Assembly: GCF_036917465.1 (NCBI RefSeq)
Contig: NZ_JBALDL010000073.1
Location: forward strand, 42-64,041
DNA: 64,000 bases
Reading direction: 5' to 3'
DNA from: Nostoc sp.
Lineage (GTDB): Bacteria; Cyanobacteriota; Cyanobacteriia; Cyanobacteriales; Nostocaceae
Positions 47,570-57,803 of the stretch are shown one piece after another. A program made the translations under genes and the position numbers. The notes under the pieces are model-generated. The model searched no databases, was not told the DNA's origin, and worked only from the letters and a program-made list of their open reading frames with translations. Numbering within the stretch: position 1 is the first letter of the stretch; each line of letters starts with the position of its first letter.

Positions 47570-48433
47570 ATGCCGCAATTACAAGCTAAATCGCTAGAAA
47601 TGAGGACACCCCAAGCAACTAAAACCGCCGTTCTGGTTATCGGAGGCGCAGAAGACAAAGTTCATGGGCGCGAAATCCTACGAACTTTTTTTGGACGTGC
47701 CGGTGCTAGTAAGGCTTATATTACAATTATTCCATCTGCCTCTCGTGAACCAGCCATCATTGGTGGTCGGTACATTCGCATTTTTGAAGAAATGGGTGCC
47801 CAAAAGGTAGAGATTTTAGACATCCGCGAACGCGAACAGTGTGAAGCCTCTCAAATCAAAGCATCCTTAGAAGCCTGTAGTGGAGTATTTTTGACAGGAG
47901 GGGATCAGCTGCGTCTCTGTGGCGTATTAGCAGATACGCCAGCAATGGAAATTATTCGGCAGAGAGTAAGGGCAGGGCAACTGACGTTAGCAGGCACAAG
48001 TGCAGGAGCGGCAGTAATGGGGCATCACATGATTGCTGGTGGCGGGAGTGGAGAATCGCCAAATCGTTCCCTAGTCGATATGGCAACGGGTTTGGGATTT
48101 ATTCCTGAAGTAATCGTTGACCAACATTTTCACAATCGGAATCGGATGGGGCGGCTGATAAGTGCGATCGCAGCTCACCCCGATCGTTTAGGTATTGGCA
48201 TTGACGAAGATACTTGTGCAGTATTTGAACGGGATGGTTGGTTACAAGTTATGGGTAAAGGCAGTGTCACCATTGTCGATCCCACTGAAGCCACCCACAC
48301 CAACGAACCCCATGTTGGTGCTAATGAACCATTAACCGTACATAATTTACGTCTCCATATCCTCAGCTACGGCGATCGCTTTCACCTGTACCAGCGCACC
48401 GTATTGCCTGCCGTACACCGGATATCCAGCTGA
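47570..48433 (+). CDS. cphB: Cyanophycinase
   Basis: IIGGAED-like LVIGGAEDK, TGGDQLRL, GTSAGA (catalytic Ser), DQHF, GIDEDT. AGGAG SD before ATG 47570. Confidence 0.97.
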   Translation: MPQLQAKSLEMRTPQATKTAVLVIGGAEDKVHGREILRTFFGRAGASKAYITIIPSASREPAIIGGRYIRIFEEMGAQKVEILDIREREQCEASQIKASLEACSGVFLTGGDQLRLCGVLADTPAMEIIRQRVRAGQLTLAGTSAGAAVMGHHMIAGGGSGESPNRSLVDMATGLGFIPEVIVDQHFHNRNRMGRLISAIAAHPDRLGIGIDEDTCAVFERDGWLQVMGKGSVTIVDPTEATHTNEPHVGANEPLTVHNLRLHILSYGDRFHLYQRTVLPAVHRISS

Positions 48434-48803
48434 CGGGATGGAGTATCTGAGGTTACACTGACGTTGACCACAAATTTTAGATTTTGGATTTTGGATTTTA
48501 GAAAAAGAAGAGATTTTCGGCAGATGCTGCCAGAAAGTGGGCGAAACAAATCTAAAAAACCCTCGATGACTCGTTGACGCTACGCTATCGTAAATCTAAA
48601 ATTACCAGAGCTAAGTACCCTAATTGTCTCTTTTAATCCAAAATCATAAATCTAAAATCGGTTGACCGCACATTTATTTCTTGTTGTAGAAAAATGATGA
48701 GAATACTATGTAAAAAGAAAAAACTGTTTGCAACGAACAGTTTAGCGGTCAATTTCAGTAAGAAACTAGAATTTTAGTTCCGAATCTCCATCTACCTATT
48801 CCC

Positions 48804-51509
48804 ATGAGAATCCTCAAGATCCAGACCTTACGCGGCCCAAACTATTGGAGCATTCGACGCCACAAGCTGATCGTCATGCGCCTCGATTTAGAAACCCTTG
48901 CCGAGTCGCCCTCGAATGAAATCCCTGGCTTTTATGAAGGACTAGTTGAGGCGCTGCCGAGTCTGGAGGGTCATTATTGTTCGCCCGGCTGTCGTGGTGG
49001 TTTTCTGATGCGAGTCAAAGAAGGCACTATGATTGGCCACATCGTAGAACACGTAGCCCTAGAACTCCAGGAATTAGCTGGTATGCATGTTGGCTTTGGT
49101 CGCACCCGCGAAACTGCCACACCCGGAATTTATCAAGTAGTAATCGAGTACCAGAATGAGGAAGCGGGACGCTACGCTGGACGAGCCGCAGTCAGGCTAT
49201 GCCAGAGTATCGTCGATCGAGGCCGTTATCCCAAGGCAGAATTAGAGCAAGATATCCAAGACCTGAAAGACTTCACCCGTGATGCTTCATTAGGCCCTTC
49301 CACTGAAGCAATTATCAAAGAAGCAGAAAAAAGAGGTATTCCCTGGATGTCTCTGGAAGCCCGCTTTTTGATTCAGCTAGGCTACGGCGTGAACCAGAAG
49401 CGGATGCAAGCCACAATGACTGACAACACCAGCATTCTAGGCGTAGAACTAGCTTGCGACAAAGAAGCCACGAAACGTATCCTGGCTGCGGCTGGTGCGC
49501 CAGTACCCAGAGGTACGGTAATCAACTTCTTAGACGATTTAGAACAAGCTATTGAATACGTTGGCGGCTATCCCATCGTCCTTAAGCCAGTCGATGGTAA
49601 TCATGGACGCGGGATCACGATTGACATCAGAACTTGGGAAGAAGCGGAAGCCGGATATGAAGCTGCTAGACAGGTTTCCCGGTCAATTATCGTCGAAAGA
49701 TATTACCTTGGGCGCGACCACAGGGTGTTGGTAGTAAATGGCAAAGTAGTCGCAGTAGCTGAACGTGTCCCGGCTCACGTCATTGGCAATGGCAGATCCA
49801 CCATCTCCGAACTGATTGAGGAAACAAACCTCGACCCGAATCGCGGTGAAGGACATGATAACGTCCTGACCAAGATTGAACTAGACCGCACCAGCTACCA
49901 ACTTTTAGAAAGACAAGGTTATACCCTCAACAGTGTGCCACCCAAAGGAACCCTTTGTTATCTCAGAGCAACGGCAAACTTAAGCACCGGAGGTAGTGCC
50001 GTAGACCGTACTGATGAAATTCACCCAGAAAATCTGTGGTTAGCACAACGGGTAGTCAAGATTATCGGTTTGGATATCGCCGGACTAGATATTGTTACCA
50101 CAGATATTGGTCGTCCTCTGCGGGAAGTGGATGGCGTAATTGTCGAAGTTAACGCTGCTCCTGGCTTTCGGATGCACGTCGCCCCAAGCGTGGGTATTCC
50201 CCGCAACGTCGCCGGTGCGGTGATGGATATGCTGTTTCCCAACGAGCAATCTAACCAAATTCCCATCCTCAGTATTACTGGTACTAACGGGAAAACCACT
50301 ACTACACGACTACTAGCACATATTTATAAACAGACTGGGAAGGTAGTTGGATATACTACAACCGATGGAACATACATCGGTGAGTACTTAGTGGAAGCTG
50401 GCGACAACACAGGCCCCCAAAGCGCCCATGTTATTCTCCAAGATCCCACAGTGGAAGTAGCGGTACTAGAAACGGCTCGCGGTGGTATTCTCCGCTCTGG
50501 ATTGGGCTTTGAAGCCGCAAATGTCGGAGTGGTTTTAAATGTAGCCGCAGATCACTTAGGAATAGGCGATATAGAGACTATTGACCAGTTAGCTAACCTC
50601 AAAAGTGTAGTAGCGGAAGCCGTATTCCCTGATGGCTACGCCGTACTTAACGCCGACGATCGCCGCGTCGCCGCTATGTCAGAAAAAACTAAGGCTAATA
50701 TTGCTTACTTCACAATGAACCCCGACTCGGAATTGGTGCGAAAGCATATCCAAAAGGGTGGAGTGGCCGCAGTATATGAAAGTGGCTATTTGTCAATTGT
50801 TAAAGGTGATTGGACACATCGGATAGAAAGAGCGGAAAATATACCTTTAACAATGGGCGGACGTGCGCCGTTTATGATTGCCAACGCTTTAGCTGCAAGT
50901 TTGGCTGCATTCGTGCAGAACGTCACAATTGAGCAGATTCGTGCTGGTTTGAAGACTTTCCGGGCTTCAGTTAGTCAAACGCCGGGACGAATGAATTTAT
51001 TTAATTTAGGCAACTACCACGCTTTAGTAGATTATGCCCACAACGCAGCCAGTTACGAAGCTGTAGGTTCCTTTGTACAGAACTGGACTACAGGACAACG
51101 AATTGGTGTAATTGGTGGCCCTGGCGATCGCCGCGACGAAGACTTTGTTACTTTGGGCAAATTAGCAGCACAAATTTTTGATTACATCATTGTTAAAGAA
51201 GATGATGACACACGGGGACGTTTACGAGGTTCAGCCGCCCAGTTGATTATTCAAGGCATCACCCAGGTGAAGCCTGATAGCCGCTATGAATCAATTTTGG
51301 ATGAAACCCAAGCGATTAATAAAGGCTTAGATATGGCTCCTGATAACAGTCTGGTGGTTATTTTACCAGAAAGTGTGACTAGGGCTATTAAGTTAATTAA
51401 GCTGCGTGGTTTAGCGAAAGAAGAGACACATCAACAAAATACTGGCACAACTGCGATCGATTCCCAAAATGGGATCGCACCTTCTTCTGTAGTCAATACA
51501 CTACTGTAG
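48804..51509 (+). CDS. cphA: Cyanophycin synthetase
   Basis: LRGPNYWS N-terminus, ATP-grasp domain (KPVDGNHGRG, EVNAAPG), Mur-ligase domain (ITGTNGKTT, ETARGG, DYAHN). Confidence 0.98.
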   Translation: MRILKIQTLRGPNYWSIRRHKLIVMRLDLETLAESPSNEIPGFYEGLVEALPSLEGHYCSPGCRGGFLMRVKEGTMIGHIVEHVALELQELAGMHVGFGRTRETATPGIYQVVIEYQNEEAGRYAGRAAVRLCQSIVDRGRYPKAELEQDIQDLKDFTRDASLGPSTEAIIKEAEKRGIPWMSLEARFLIQLGYGVNQKRMQATMTDNTSILGVELACDKEATKRILAAAGAPVPRGTVINFLDDLEQAIEYVGGYPIVLKPVDGNHGRGITIDIRTWEEAEAGYEAARQVSRSIIVERYYLGRDHRVLVVNGKVVAVAERVPAHVIGNGRSTISELIEETNLDPNRGEGHDNVLTKIELDRTSYQLLERQGYTLNSVPPKGTLCYLRATANLSTGGSAVDRTDEIHPENLWLAQRVVKIIGLDIAGLDIVTTDIGRPLREVDGVIVEVNAAPGFRMHVAPSVGIPRNVAGAVMDMLFPNEQSNQIPILSITGTNGKTTTTRLLAHIYKQTGKVVGYTTTDGTYIGEYLVEAGDNTGPQSAHVILQDPTVEVAVLETARGGILRSGLGFEAANVGVVLNVAADHLGIGDIETIDQLANLKSVVAEAVFPDGYAVLNADDRRVAAMSEKTKANIAYFTMNPDSELVRKHIQKGGVAAVYESGYLSIVKGDWTHRIERAENIPLTMGGRAPFMIANALAASLAAFVQNVTIEQIRAGLKTFRASVSQTPGRMNLFNLGNYHALVDYAHNAASYEAVGSFVQNWTTGQRIGVIGGPGDRRDEDFVTLGKLAAQIFDYIIVKEDDDTRGRLRGSAAQLIIQGITQVKPDSRYESILDETQAINKGLDMAPDNSLVVILPESVTRAIKLIKLRGLAKEETHQQNTGTTAIDSQNGIAPSSVVNTLL

Positions 51510-51622
51510 TCAAAAGTCAAGAGTCAAAAATAAAAATAACCCAATAATCACTAATTCGTAATTGCAATGAGTGGGAGCTTGTGCGCTCTCAATTACGAAT
51601 TACGAATTCTTACGACTCTTGA

Positions 51623-51796
51623 CTATTGTTTTTCGTCTTCTGGATTAGTTTCATCACTGGGGGTTTTCATTTCCTCCTTAAAACCTCGTAGGGTTTTGCC
51701 CAGTGCAGTGCCGAGTTCGGGAATTTTTTTAGGGCCAAAAATTAGAATAGCGACTGTGGTAATTACAGCGATTTCTGGCCATCCTAGTCCAAACAT
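51623..51796 (-). CDS. tatA: Twin-arginine translocase TatA/E subunit
   Basis: MFGLGWPEIAVITTVAILIFGPKKIPELGTALGKTLRGFK; likely start 51796. Confidence 0.93.
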   Translation of the reverse strand: MFGLGWPEIAVITTVAILIFGPKKIPELGTALGKTLRGFKEEMKTPSDETNPEDEKQ

Positions 51797-51964
51797 AGAC
51801 ATTTCCTCTAACGCATCTGTAATTAAATATAAACATTGATGGCTCAAATCCGATGAGTTGGCCATTGATAAGCACTCGACCCTCTTGTATAATCAGGGTA
51901 TAAATAAAATGAATGCGTACCGCATTTTTACATATAGCAATACTAATATCGCCAAATAAATATC

Positions 51965-52230
51965 TCAACTTTTATCATCTATTTCATCTTCGATAGCTTC
52001 AGCCATCAAATCTTCTTGCTGTTCAATTTCATTTAACTCTTCGTCAGACACATCAAGTTCTTTCTTCGCAAAGACTCGCCTAGCCTTTCTGTCGAAAGGG
52101 CAATATTGGCTTCTAGTGTGTCCCGACTTGGTTGACACTCTTTACATAATTCCAGAATTTCAACTAAAGAGAATTTTGCTGGTTCAAACTGATGTCCATA
52201 AGTAAACCTTTTTAATTTATTAGACTCCAT
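51965..52230 (-). pseudogene. Collapsed (internally deleted, frameshifted) gene downstream of the methyltransferase; possibly its restriction endonuclease
   Basis: N-terminal piece MESNKLKRFTYGHQFEPAKFSLVEILELCKECQPSRDTLEANIA, plus in another frame a C-terminal-looking piece CPFDRKARRVFAKKELDVSDEELNEIEQQEDLMAEAIEDEIDDKS* (stop 51965-51967). Span 266 nt, not a multiple of 3. Confidence 0.55.
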
Positions 52231-52269
52231 TTTGCAATTTCCTTAAAATGATTAGTTAGAGCGACTTAT

Positions 52270-53352
52270 TTAAAATAGTCCTAACTGTACTGACTGGTTA
52301 TTATCAGCATTTTCTATGGCTATTGCTGGTAAATCTGCTGGAGGTTCAACAACCAAAGGTGAATTTTCTTCAAATCTCAGTTTTGAGCTTTTGATGTAGT
52401 TTTCATCAATCTCAAAAGCTAACCAGCGTCTTTGTAAAGTTTCTGCAACTCGACCTGTCATATTAGAACCAGCAAAAGGTTCTAAGATAATATCACCTGG
52501 TTCTGTACAAAGATTGATAACAAACTCTGGTAAAGCTTGAGGGAATCTTGCCGGGTGTGGCTTAAAACCTTTTTGTTTGCAACGCCTTTGGTAATAATCG
52601 TTGGAAGCAGTATTTGAGGCAGAAATCAAATTTACGGGCTGGACTAAATCTTCAAATAAAGTTTCTTTTATAAGAGTCTGTTGCCCTATTTCTTCTTTGT
52701 CTGTACTACAACGTCCATCAATAATATTTGGGGGAATAGCTCCCCCTCTGTCCTTGCCAAATTTATCAGAAATATCATGACCTGATGGCCTAATTTTGGG
52801 TTTATAGCCATTCTTCAAAAGGTTTTTCATTGCATCACTATAAGGCTTTAAAACTCTTCTATTATTAGCTTTAGGATGCGGTTCTTTTGACAGCCACCAA
52901 ATTGTATTTACCGAATCTTTAACTCTTTCCCTACGGACTGTTACCCATTCGGCAGGGGTGGGTAGTTTTGCTGGATTATACCAATATAATTCTTGTGCCA
53001 GATAAAATCCCAGTCCACCTTTTTCTTTTGCTTTGCACAAAGCAATAACCAGTTCAAAATGATAAAGAGAACGAACTGGCATTCCTTTAATCCAACTGCC
53101 ACCAATATCAATAACTAGTGAGCCTGTTGGTTTAAGAATACGGTAAAAATGTGCCGCATAATCTTTAAACCATTCAACATATTCATCAGCATCAACATTT
53201 CCGTATTCTTTTTTACGAACCAGTGCAAATGGTGGAGAAGTACAAATTAGGTCGATACTTTCGTCGGGAATATGTCTCATTAAATCTAGGCTGTTTCCCA
53301 AATAAGCAGCACCAAATTTTGTTTCGTAGTAGGGGTTACAGTTAAGTTTCAT
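52270..53352 (-). CDS. Site-specific DNA methyltransferase, beta class, M.PvuII-like (N4-cytosine likely)
   Basis: TSPPFAL..KKEYGN catalytic motif, KLPTPAEWV, RVKDSVNTIWW, RPSGHDI, HPARFP, EPFAGSN SAM motif. Motif order and content closely follow M.PvuII. Confidence 0.92.
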   Translation of the reverse strand: MKLNCNPYYETKFGAAYLGNSLDLMRHIPDESIDLICTSPPFALVRKKEYGNVDADEYVEWFKDYAAHFYRILKPTGSLVIDIGGSWIKGMPVRSLYHFELVIALCKAKEKGGLGFYLAQELYWYNPAKLPTPAEWVTVRRERVKDSVNTIWWLSKEPHPKANNRRVLKPYSDAMKNLLKNGYKPKIRPSGHDISDKFGKDRGGAIPPNIIDGRCSTDKEEIGQQTLIKETLFEDLVQPVNLISASNTASNDYYQRRCKQKGFKPHPARFPQALPEFVINLCTEPGDIILEPFAGSNMTGRVAETLQRRWLAFEIDENYIKSSKLRFEENSPLVVEPPADLPAIAIENADNNQSVQLGLF

Positions 53353-53562
53353 CTAAACTTGCTTAGTACAATTGTACGGTCGATGAAGACAGTATCATCC
53401 ATAAAAGCATAAGTTTTCCAACTGGAGCTATTTTTTTGCTCACTTTGCTGTATGAATAGAGAAATCTACCAAGTATCAGCCACAGTATTACATACGATGT
53501 ATATCGAGTCTGATTGATACAGAACTGGACACGTTGAGCAAAGAAAGCGATCGCTAGCTCAA

Positions 53563-54966
53563 CTAACTTCCCATTGGATTGGTAATTGGCAAACCTAACC
53601 ACTCACTTAATTCGTGAGCTAACCATTCAAGTTCTACTTCGGATTTAATACCGACATCGTTTCCACTAATCTGATATTTTTGTACTCCTGAGCAAATATA
53701 TAATTGTGCTGAAACATCAACTCTATTGCCTTCAGAGTCTTTAGTAAAGTATTTGGGAATGTAAACCAACTTATTAACACTTTTCCTTGGGGATGGGCGG
53801 GGACGCTCAAATTTCCAACTAAACAACTCCCTGCTTAGGGCAATTTGTTCTGCATTTAGGCGTAAACAGATGCGTCCAAACAAACTAAAGATAAATGTAT
53901 ACACCATCAGACAGCCAGCACTCCAAAAAGGAAGTGAGAACAAAGCAAAGGGGATATTGGCAGGAAAAGGGGCCGAAAGAGCGCCAATTGTCCAAACCAG
54001 GATAAATGAATTCCAGGCGATCGCAAATACACCTGTAAATAATATTGATGAATTCAAACCAGGCGGTGGGACAATAATTTCTAGAGAATCCCCATTTTTG
54101 GTTAGTTGAATCTTACTGCCGTCTGGTTTGCTTCCAACCAAAGCAGGTAAGTTTGTCGTTGCTGGTTTATCTAAAGCTGCGATTGCTTCGATAGCAGAAT
54201 TGAAACGCCGTTCTAAACTCGGTTCAGTCATTGACTTCAACCAGCGAGTCAATCCAGGACTCACATTAGCCGCTTGTTCAAACTGAATCCGAAAATCCTT
54301 TTGGGGTAAATCGGCTGGATGAGTACCCGTAACTAAATAAATTAAAGTTGCACCTAAGCTATAAAGATCAGAAGCTGGAACCGTGCGTCCGCCAAATTGC
54401 TCCTGTGGCATATAGCCGTAGCTTCCCACCACAGTCCTAGTTCCGCTTTCTGTGGCTAGGACAGTTTGCACCGAACCAAAATCTACCAGATAAACTTCAC
54501 CGACACGATTACCAGAGCGATCGCCCAATAAAATATTACTAGGCTTAATATCACGATGGATTACAGGTGGATGCAACCCATGTAAGTAAATCAGAATCTC
54601 TAAAAGAGCCTTGGCTATCTGTTTGATTTCGGCTTCCGTAAAAGTCCGCCCAGTTTTTAAGTATTGCTCTAGAGTTGGAGCTGGGATATAAGTTTGTACT
54701 AGGGCAAATCCTTTGATGGTTGGTGAATTTACCTCAAAATAGTCTAAATAGCGAGGTATTAAGGGATGTGACAAAGATTTTAGAGTTTCAGCTTCTCGCT
54801 CAAACAGCTTGAGCGAATCCCATTCAAAGTCACCACCAAAAGAGAGTAACTTGATGATGACTAATTGCTGAGTATTCAAATCACGAGCTACAAGTGTCCG
54901 CCGTCCTGCTTTTTTTCCTAATAGCTGCTGAACTTCATAGCGTTCGGCTAATATTTCGCCAATCAT
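53563..54966 (-). CDS. Hanks-type Ser/Thr protein kinase with C-terminal TM segments
   Basis: VIIKLL, HRDIKPSN, DFG, GSYGYMPQE, SDLYSLG; two hydrophobic helices near the C-terminus. Confidence 0.93.
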   Translation of the reverse strand: MIGEILAERYEVQQLLGKKAGRRTLVARDLNTQQLVIIKLLSFGGDFEWDSLKLFEREAETLKSLSHPLIPRYLDYFEVNSPTIKGFALVQTYIPAPTLEQYLKTGRTFTEAEIKQIAKALLEILIYLHGLHPPVIHRDIKPSNILLGDRSGNRVGEVYLVDFGSVQTVLATESGTRTVVGSYGYMPQEQFGGRTVPASDLYSLGATLIYLVTGTHPADLPQKDFRIQFEQAANVSPGLTRWLKSMTEPSLERRFNSAIEAIAALDKPATTNLPALVGSKPDGSKIQLTKNGDSLEIIVPPPGLNSSILFTGVFAIAWNSFILVWTIGALSAPFPANIPFALFSLPFWSAGCLMVYTFIFSLFGRICLRLNAEQIALSRELFSWKFERPRPSPRKSVNKLVYIPKYFTKDSEGNRVDVSAQLYICSGVQKYQISGNDVGIKSEVELEWLAHELSEWLGLPITNPMGS

Positions 54967-55062
54967 TATGGTTTCTTAATAATGCTACGTTTGAAAAGTT
55001 TTAATAGCTTATGACTTTTCAATTTCGGCAAATCGATATCTTTAGTATAATTGCGTAATTCT

Positions 55063-55665
55063 ATGCCCTCCCAACTTTGGCCTTATATTACTCCTGGTAT
55101 TCCTGATGAATTATTCGAGCATTTGCCAGGAATTCCCCTGAGTCAGCGAGAAGTTAGACTATTGTTAATTGCCCAACTACGACTAAAATCTGATTCTGTG
55201 TTGTGGGATATTGGTGCAGGGACAGGTACAATTCCTGTAGAGGTGGGGCTATTGTGTCCAAAGGGTCAGATTATCGCTATAGAAAGGGATGAAGAAGTAG
55301 CTAATCTGATCAAGCGTAACTGCGATCGCTTTGAAGTGAAAAACGTCGAAGTAATTGAAGGTAGCGCCCCAGAGTGTCTACATAACCTTAAGGTTGCTCC
55401 TCACCGTGTTTGTATTGAGGGAGGAAGACTCATCCAAGAAATTCTACAAGCAGCATGGCATTATTTGCCACCATCCGGTCGGGTTGTAGCTACAGCTGCT
55501 AATCTAGAGAGTCTGTATGCTATTTCTCAGAGCTTTTCTCTGTTAAGGGCTAGAAATATCGAAGTAGTGCAGTCTGCGGTTAACCGCTTAGAGACGCGCG
55601 GCTTTTCTCAAACCTTTACCGCCGTTGATCCAATTTTTATCCTCAGTGGTGAGAAACTGGATTAG
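55063..55665 (+). CDS. cbiT: Precorrin-6Y/cobalt-precorrin-6B C15-methyltransferase (decarboxylating)
   Basis: PGIPDELF, EVR.L....L, WDIGAGTG, VV.....LE, NPIF-like DPIFIL. Likely start MPSQL. Confidence 0.9.
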   Translation: MPSQLWPYITPGIPDELFEHLPGIPLSQREVRLLLIAQLRLKSDSVLWDIGAGTGTIPVEVGLLCPKGQIIAIERDEEVANLIKRNCDRFEVKNVEVIEGSAPECLHNLKVAPHRVCIEGGRLIQEILQAAWHYLPPSGRVVATAANLESLYAISQSFSLLRARNIEVVQSAVNRLETRGFSQTFTAVDPIFILSGEKLD

Positions 55666-55860
55666 GAACTGGGGAGTAGGGACTGGGGACTGGGGACTAG
55701 GGACTGGGGACTAGGGACTAGGGACTAGGGACTAGGGACTGGGAAAAAGTTTTCCAAATACTCAATACCCAATACCTAATACCCAATACCCAATACCCAA
55801 TACCCAATGCCCAATACCCAGTACCCAGTCCCCAATACCCAGTCCCCAGTACCCAATACT
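55666..55860. repeat. Composite STRR1 element, inverse orientation to 33612-33760
   Basis: (GGGGACT/AGGGACT)n - GGGAAAAAGTTTTCCAAATAC - (CCCAATA/CCCAGTC)n. Confidence 0.82.
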
Positions 55861-55863
55861 TCT

Positions 55864-56745
55864 ATGCCTTGGTCTCGGATTATTAGTGGAATTGTTGCGA
55901 TCGCTCTTGCTCTATCTGTTAGCCTTTTGGGTGGTTGGTATTTTACCATCATGTTTGCGGTTATCATCTTTTTGGGTCAACAGGAATATTTTAATTTGGT
56001 GCGAGCCAGAGGTATCGCTCCCGCCGCCAAAACCACTATGGCTGTCAGCCTAGTTTTGCTAGTAATTTCTACCATTGATGGCAGTTTAGCTGACGCTGTA
56101 ATGCCCTTAGCTGGCACGCTTATCTGTTTTTACCTATTATTTCAGCCCAAATTTGCCACGATCGCTGATGTTTCCGCTTCTATAATGGGGCTATTTTACG
56201 TAGGTTATTTGCCGAGTTACTGGGTGCGATTACGAGCAATTGATAGTGCCGTTTTTAGCAATCTCCCTTTAGGAGGTTACTGGCCTACAACCTGGGTAGA
56301 CTTCTGGGAAAAAGCAAGTTCTGCTTCCTTACCACAAGGTTTTACAGCAACAATGCTGACTTTTTTGTGTATTTGGGCAGCCGATATTGGCGCTTACACC
56401 ATTGGCAAATTCTTTGGTAAAACCCGTCTGTCTGAGATTAGCCCGAAAAAAACTGTAGAAGGTGCTGTTTTTGGCATTACTTCCAGTGTTGCTGTAGCCA
56501 TAGCAGGAGCCTATTATCTCCACTTGCCCAGATCCCTGTTTACTGGTTTAGCATTGGGTTTGCTGATTGGCATTGCTAGTCTTTTAGGGGATCTTACCGA
56601 GTCTATGCTCAAGCGCGATGCTGGAGTCAAAGATTCTGGACAATTAATTCCCGGTCATGGTGGTATTTTAGACCGGACTGATAGTTATATTTTCACAGCA
56701 CCTTTGGTTTATTATTTTGTGACACTACTGTTGCCGCTACTATAG
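55864..56745 (+). CDS. cdsA: Phosphatidate cytidylyltransferase
   Basis: [53 protein letters not shown]. Likely start MPWSR at 55864. Confidence 0.96.
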   Translation: MPWSRIISGIVAIALALSVSLLGGWYFTIMFAVIIFLGQQEYFNLVRARGIAPAAKTTMAVSLVLLVISTIDGSLADAVMPLAGTLICFYLLFQPKFATIADVSASIMGLFYVGYLPSYWVRLRAIDSAVFSNLPLGGYWPTTWVDFWEKASSASLPQGFTATMLTFLCIWAADIGAYTIGKFFGKTRLSEISPKKTVEGAVFGITSSVAVAIAGAYYLHLPRSLFTGLALGLLIGIASLLGDLTESMLKRDAGVKDSGQLIPGHGGILDRTDSYIFTAPLVYYFVTLLLPLL

Positions 56746-56831
56746 AAACGTGTAGCATCTTAACCACCTATCACAGTCAATTCATCCTGTGGAACTCACA
56801 TTAGGATAGGATATTTTTTTATTTTTCATCA

Positions 56832-57545
56832 TCAAGGATTAACGTTAATCCGCCCCCGACACACTAGCTTACCTGGGATCAGCGTTAGTTCTTGGATATC
56901 GACATCTGAGCCAAGATCCAGATTGTACTGGCGATCGCCCTCTAATATATCTCCTTGTTCGGGTTTAATTTCTATATGTGCTACTTGCAACTCATGCCCA
57001 CTGAGTAAATTTAAGCTCAGACGAATCTCTAAAGGTGTTATTTCACTGTTGGTTACTTTCGTACCTCGCAGTATAATTTGATTGTTGTCAAGGATAATTT
57101 CTTGCCAATTAATTGGTTGTGACTTTGGGAAATATGTGGGTAAAACCTTAACCAGCAAATCGCTCAAAGCAGTCGATAATAAGTCAGATGAGAGAGAAGC
57201 ATTCAGATCCTTCTCATCTACGATCAAATCGCCAACCACGGGTACTGTTTCTAACAGCTTTAAAGTCTTACCTTTAAGTATGGAACCAATGTTTATCTGA
57301 ATATTTTCTGCCGTTAATTGAAGTTGTGTAATCAGGAGACCTTGATAAACTGCATGAGTAGCAAAAATAGATACCAAAGGGATACGTCCAGAGAGAAGTT
57401 GGCGATCGCTGGCTTTAATCTCCACTTCTAATTTAGATATTTGGCTCACTTGCGCTCTCAACCAGAGCTTAAGGGCTTTTGTGAGTACCTGCGTAATTAT
57501 GCGGATTTTATTGGCACTTGTCGTTTGGGAATTTTGCTCTGGCAT
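56832..57545 (-). CDS. DUF2993/LmeA-like protein
   Basis: ALKLWLRAQVSQI..LEVEI....RQLLSGRIP.V pattern typical of the cyanobacterial family. Confidence 0.75.
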   Translation of the reverse strand: MPEQNSQTTSANKIRIITQVLTKALKLWLRAQVSQISKLEVEIKASDRQLLSGRIPLVSIFATHAVYQGLLITQLQLTAENIQINIGSILKGKTLKLLETVPVVGDLIVDEKDLNASLSSDLLSTALSDLLVKVLPTYFPKSQPINWQEIILDNNQIILRGTKVTNSEITPLEIRLSLNLLSGHELQVAHIEIKPEQGDILEGDRQYNLDLGSDVDIQELTLIPGKLVCRGRINVNP

Positions 57546-57803
57546 CTAACCAATCTGTTTATGAGTATTTGCTCAACAAGCGAACTTAAAAAAGAATTCA
57601 CGAGTCAGAATTAAGACGTTGCTGGACTCGCTACCGATGCTATCAGGCAGAAGCACAGAAAACATTGCTGAATTCTGACTTATGACTCCTGACTCCTGAA
57701 TTCTGTTTTAAGAAATTAAACAAGTCTTAAATGTAACATTTATGCCTACTCGCTACAAAATGCAAATATCATTTAATTGTTAACAGTAAATAAGCAATTC
57801 CAG

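Noticed and set aside
55776-55967. 63-aa ORF with VLGIGYW repeats
   Set aside because: Translation of STRR1 heptamers, antisense to cdsA.
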